A DNA stretch of 64,000 nucleotides from Octopus sinensis (Eukaryota). Position 1 is the first letter of the stretch. Each line of letters begins with the position of its first letter. Below are positions 63,196 to 64,000 of the stretch, in pieces. The DNA lies in contig NC_043003.1 in the NCBI RefSeq assembly GCF_006345805.1, forward strand, positions 79,546,001 through 79,610,000. Reading direction: 5' to 3'. The notes beneath the pieces are model-generated. The model was not told the DNA's origin, did not search any database, and worked only from the letters and a program-made list of their open reading frames with translations. Made by a program: the position numbers and the translations under genes.

Positions 63196-63804
63196 CCACT
63201 TGTTTTCAGATATGTGGCCCCTCCCCCACTTCTGGCTTCCGCTGCTTTCCCCCTTTTTTCTCTTTTCTTTTTTCTCGACTTTTCAAAGCATTTATTAATT
63301 ATCGACCATATATACATAACGTATACACGTCGTGTATTTGTGTTGTGGAGATTACTTCATGATAAACTGTGCACCTATTCAGGCCCCCAAGTTGTATCTA
63401 ATAAATAAATAAATAAATAAATAGAGTTCCCGATTATGACCGATTATGCCTTACTGCATTCAGTGATCAACAAAATAGAGAATTAAACGCTGGGATTTTC
63501 GAATCAACTATTCGTTTTTCATTTGCTAAATCAGTTAAAGGGGATAGTCCCTCTGACCTTCGTAGCCCCTCTTAAATCAGTGACATTGATGCCATTAATA
63601 CCATTAAAAAAAGAGAACACTTTGGATTTATATTTACTTGAATTAATATATACAAATGACTGTGTAGGTACTCTGATGTATGGATGCCCGTTCGGAACAG
63701 TCAGCAATGGTTATGTATAGATATTTGACGACCAGTCTTTTGTTTATTTACTAAAGAAACAAGTGAAATACGGTAAGTCCAGGTGGGTGTTTATAACACT
63801 GGAT

Positions 63805-64000
63805 GGAAGCACTCCGTCGGTTACGACGACGAGGGTTCCGGTTGATCCAATCAACGGAACAGCCTGCTCGTGAAATTAACGTGTAAGTGGCTGAGCACTC
63901 CACAGACACGTGTACCCTTAACGTAGTTCTCAGGGATATTCAGCGTGACACAGAGAGTGACAAGGCCGACCCTTTGAAATACATGTACAACAGAAACAGG
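63805..64000 (-). mobile_element. SINE family C tail 2 (continues beyond the window)
   Basis: Same tail as 5080 and 6861. Confidence 0.9.

Overview
AT-rich eukaryotic window made almost entirely of microsatellites and transposable elements. The three abundant tRNA-derived SINE families resemble the octopus SINEs, so it is most likely an Octopus intron or intergenic region (inference). No host gene can be called with confidence; there are only weak minus-strand candidate micro-exons. Contents: more than 35 SINE copies or fragments in three families (called A, B, C here); four mariner remnants, one near full length in a (TA)n tract; an IR/DR Tc1 and a DD37D (maT-type) element; three distinct Penelope-like element (PLE) fragments plus several short PLE-terminal-repeat remnants with minimal hammerhead ribozyme motifs; R4/Dong-type LINE remnants, including a cluster in (TAA)n arrays; RTE and CRE-like LINE fragments; non-autonomous Helitrons; hAT-type MITEs; and several foldback or locally duplicated segments. 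The most notable structure is a 2.0-kb minus-strand insertion at 28694-30716 bounded by a 36-bp target-site duplication. It carries an undisrupted Tx1/L1-type ORF1 with two CCHC knuckles. In place of an ORF2 it holds a 299-bp copy of DNA from 4.8 kb upstream, and its 3' tail matches the tail of SINE family A, pointing to that SINE's partner LINE. Most ORFs in the supplied track are microsatellite artefacts.
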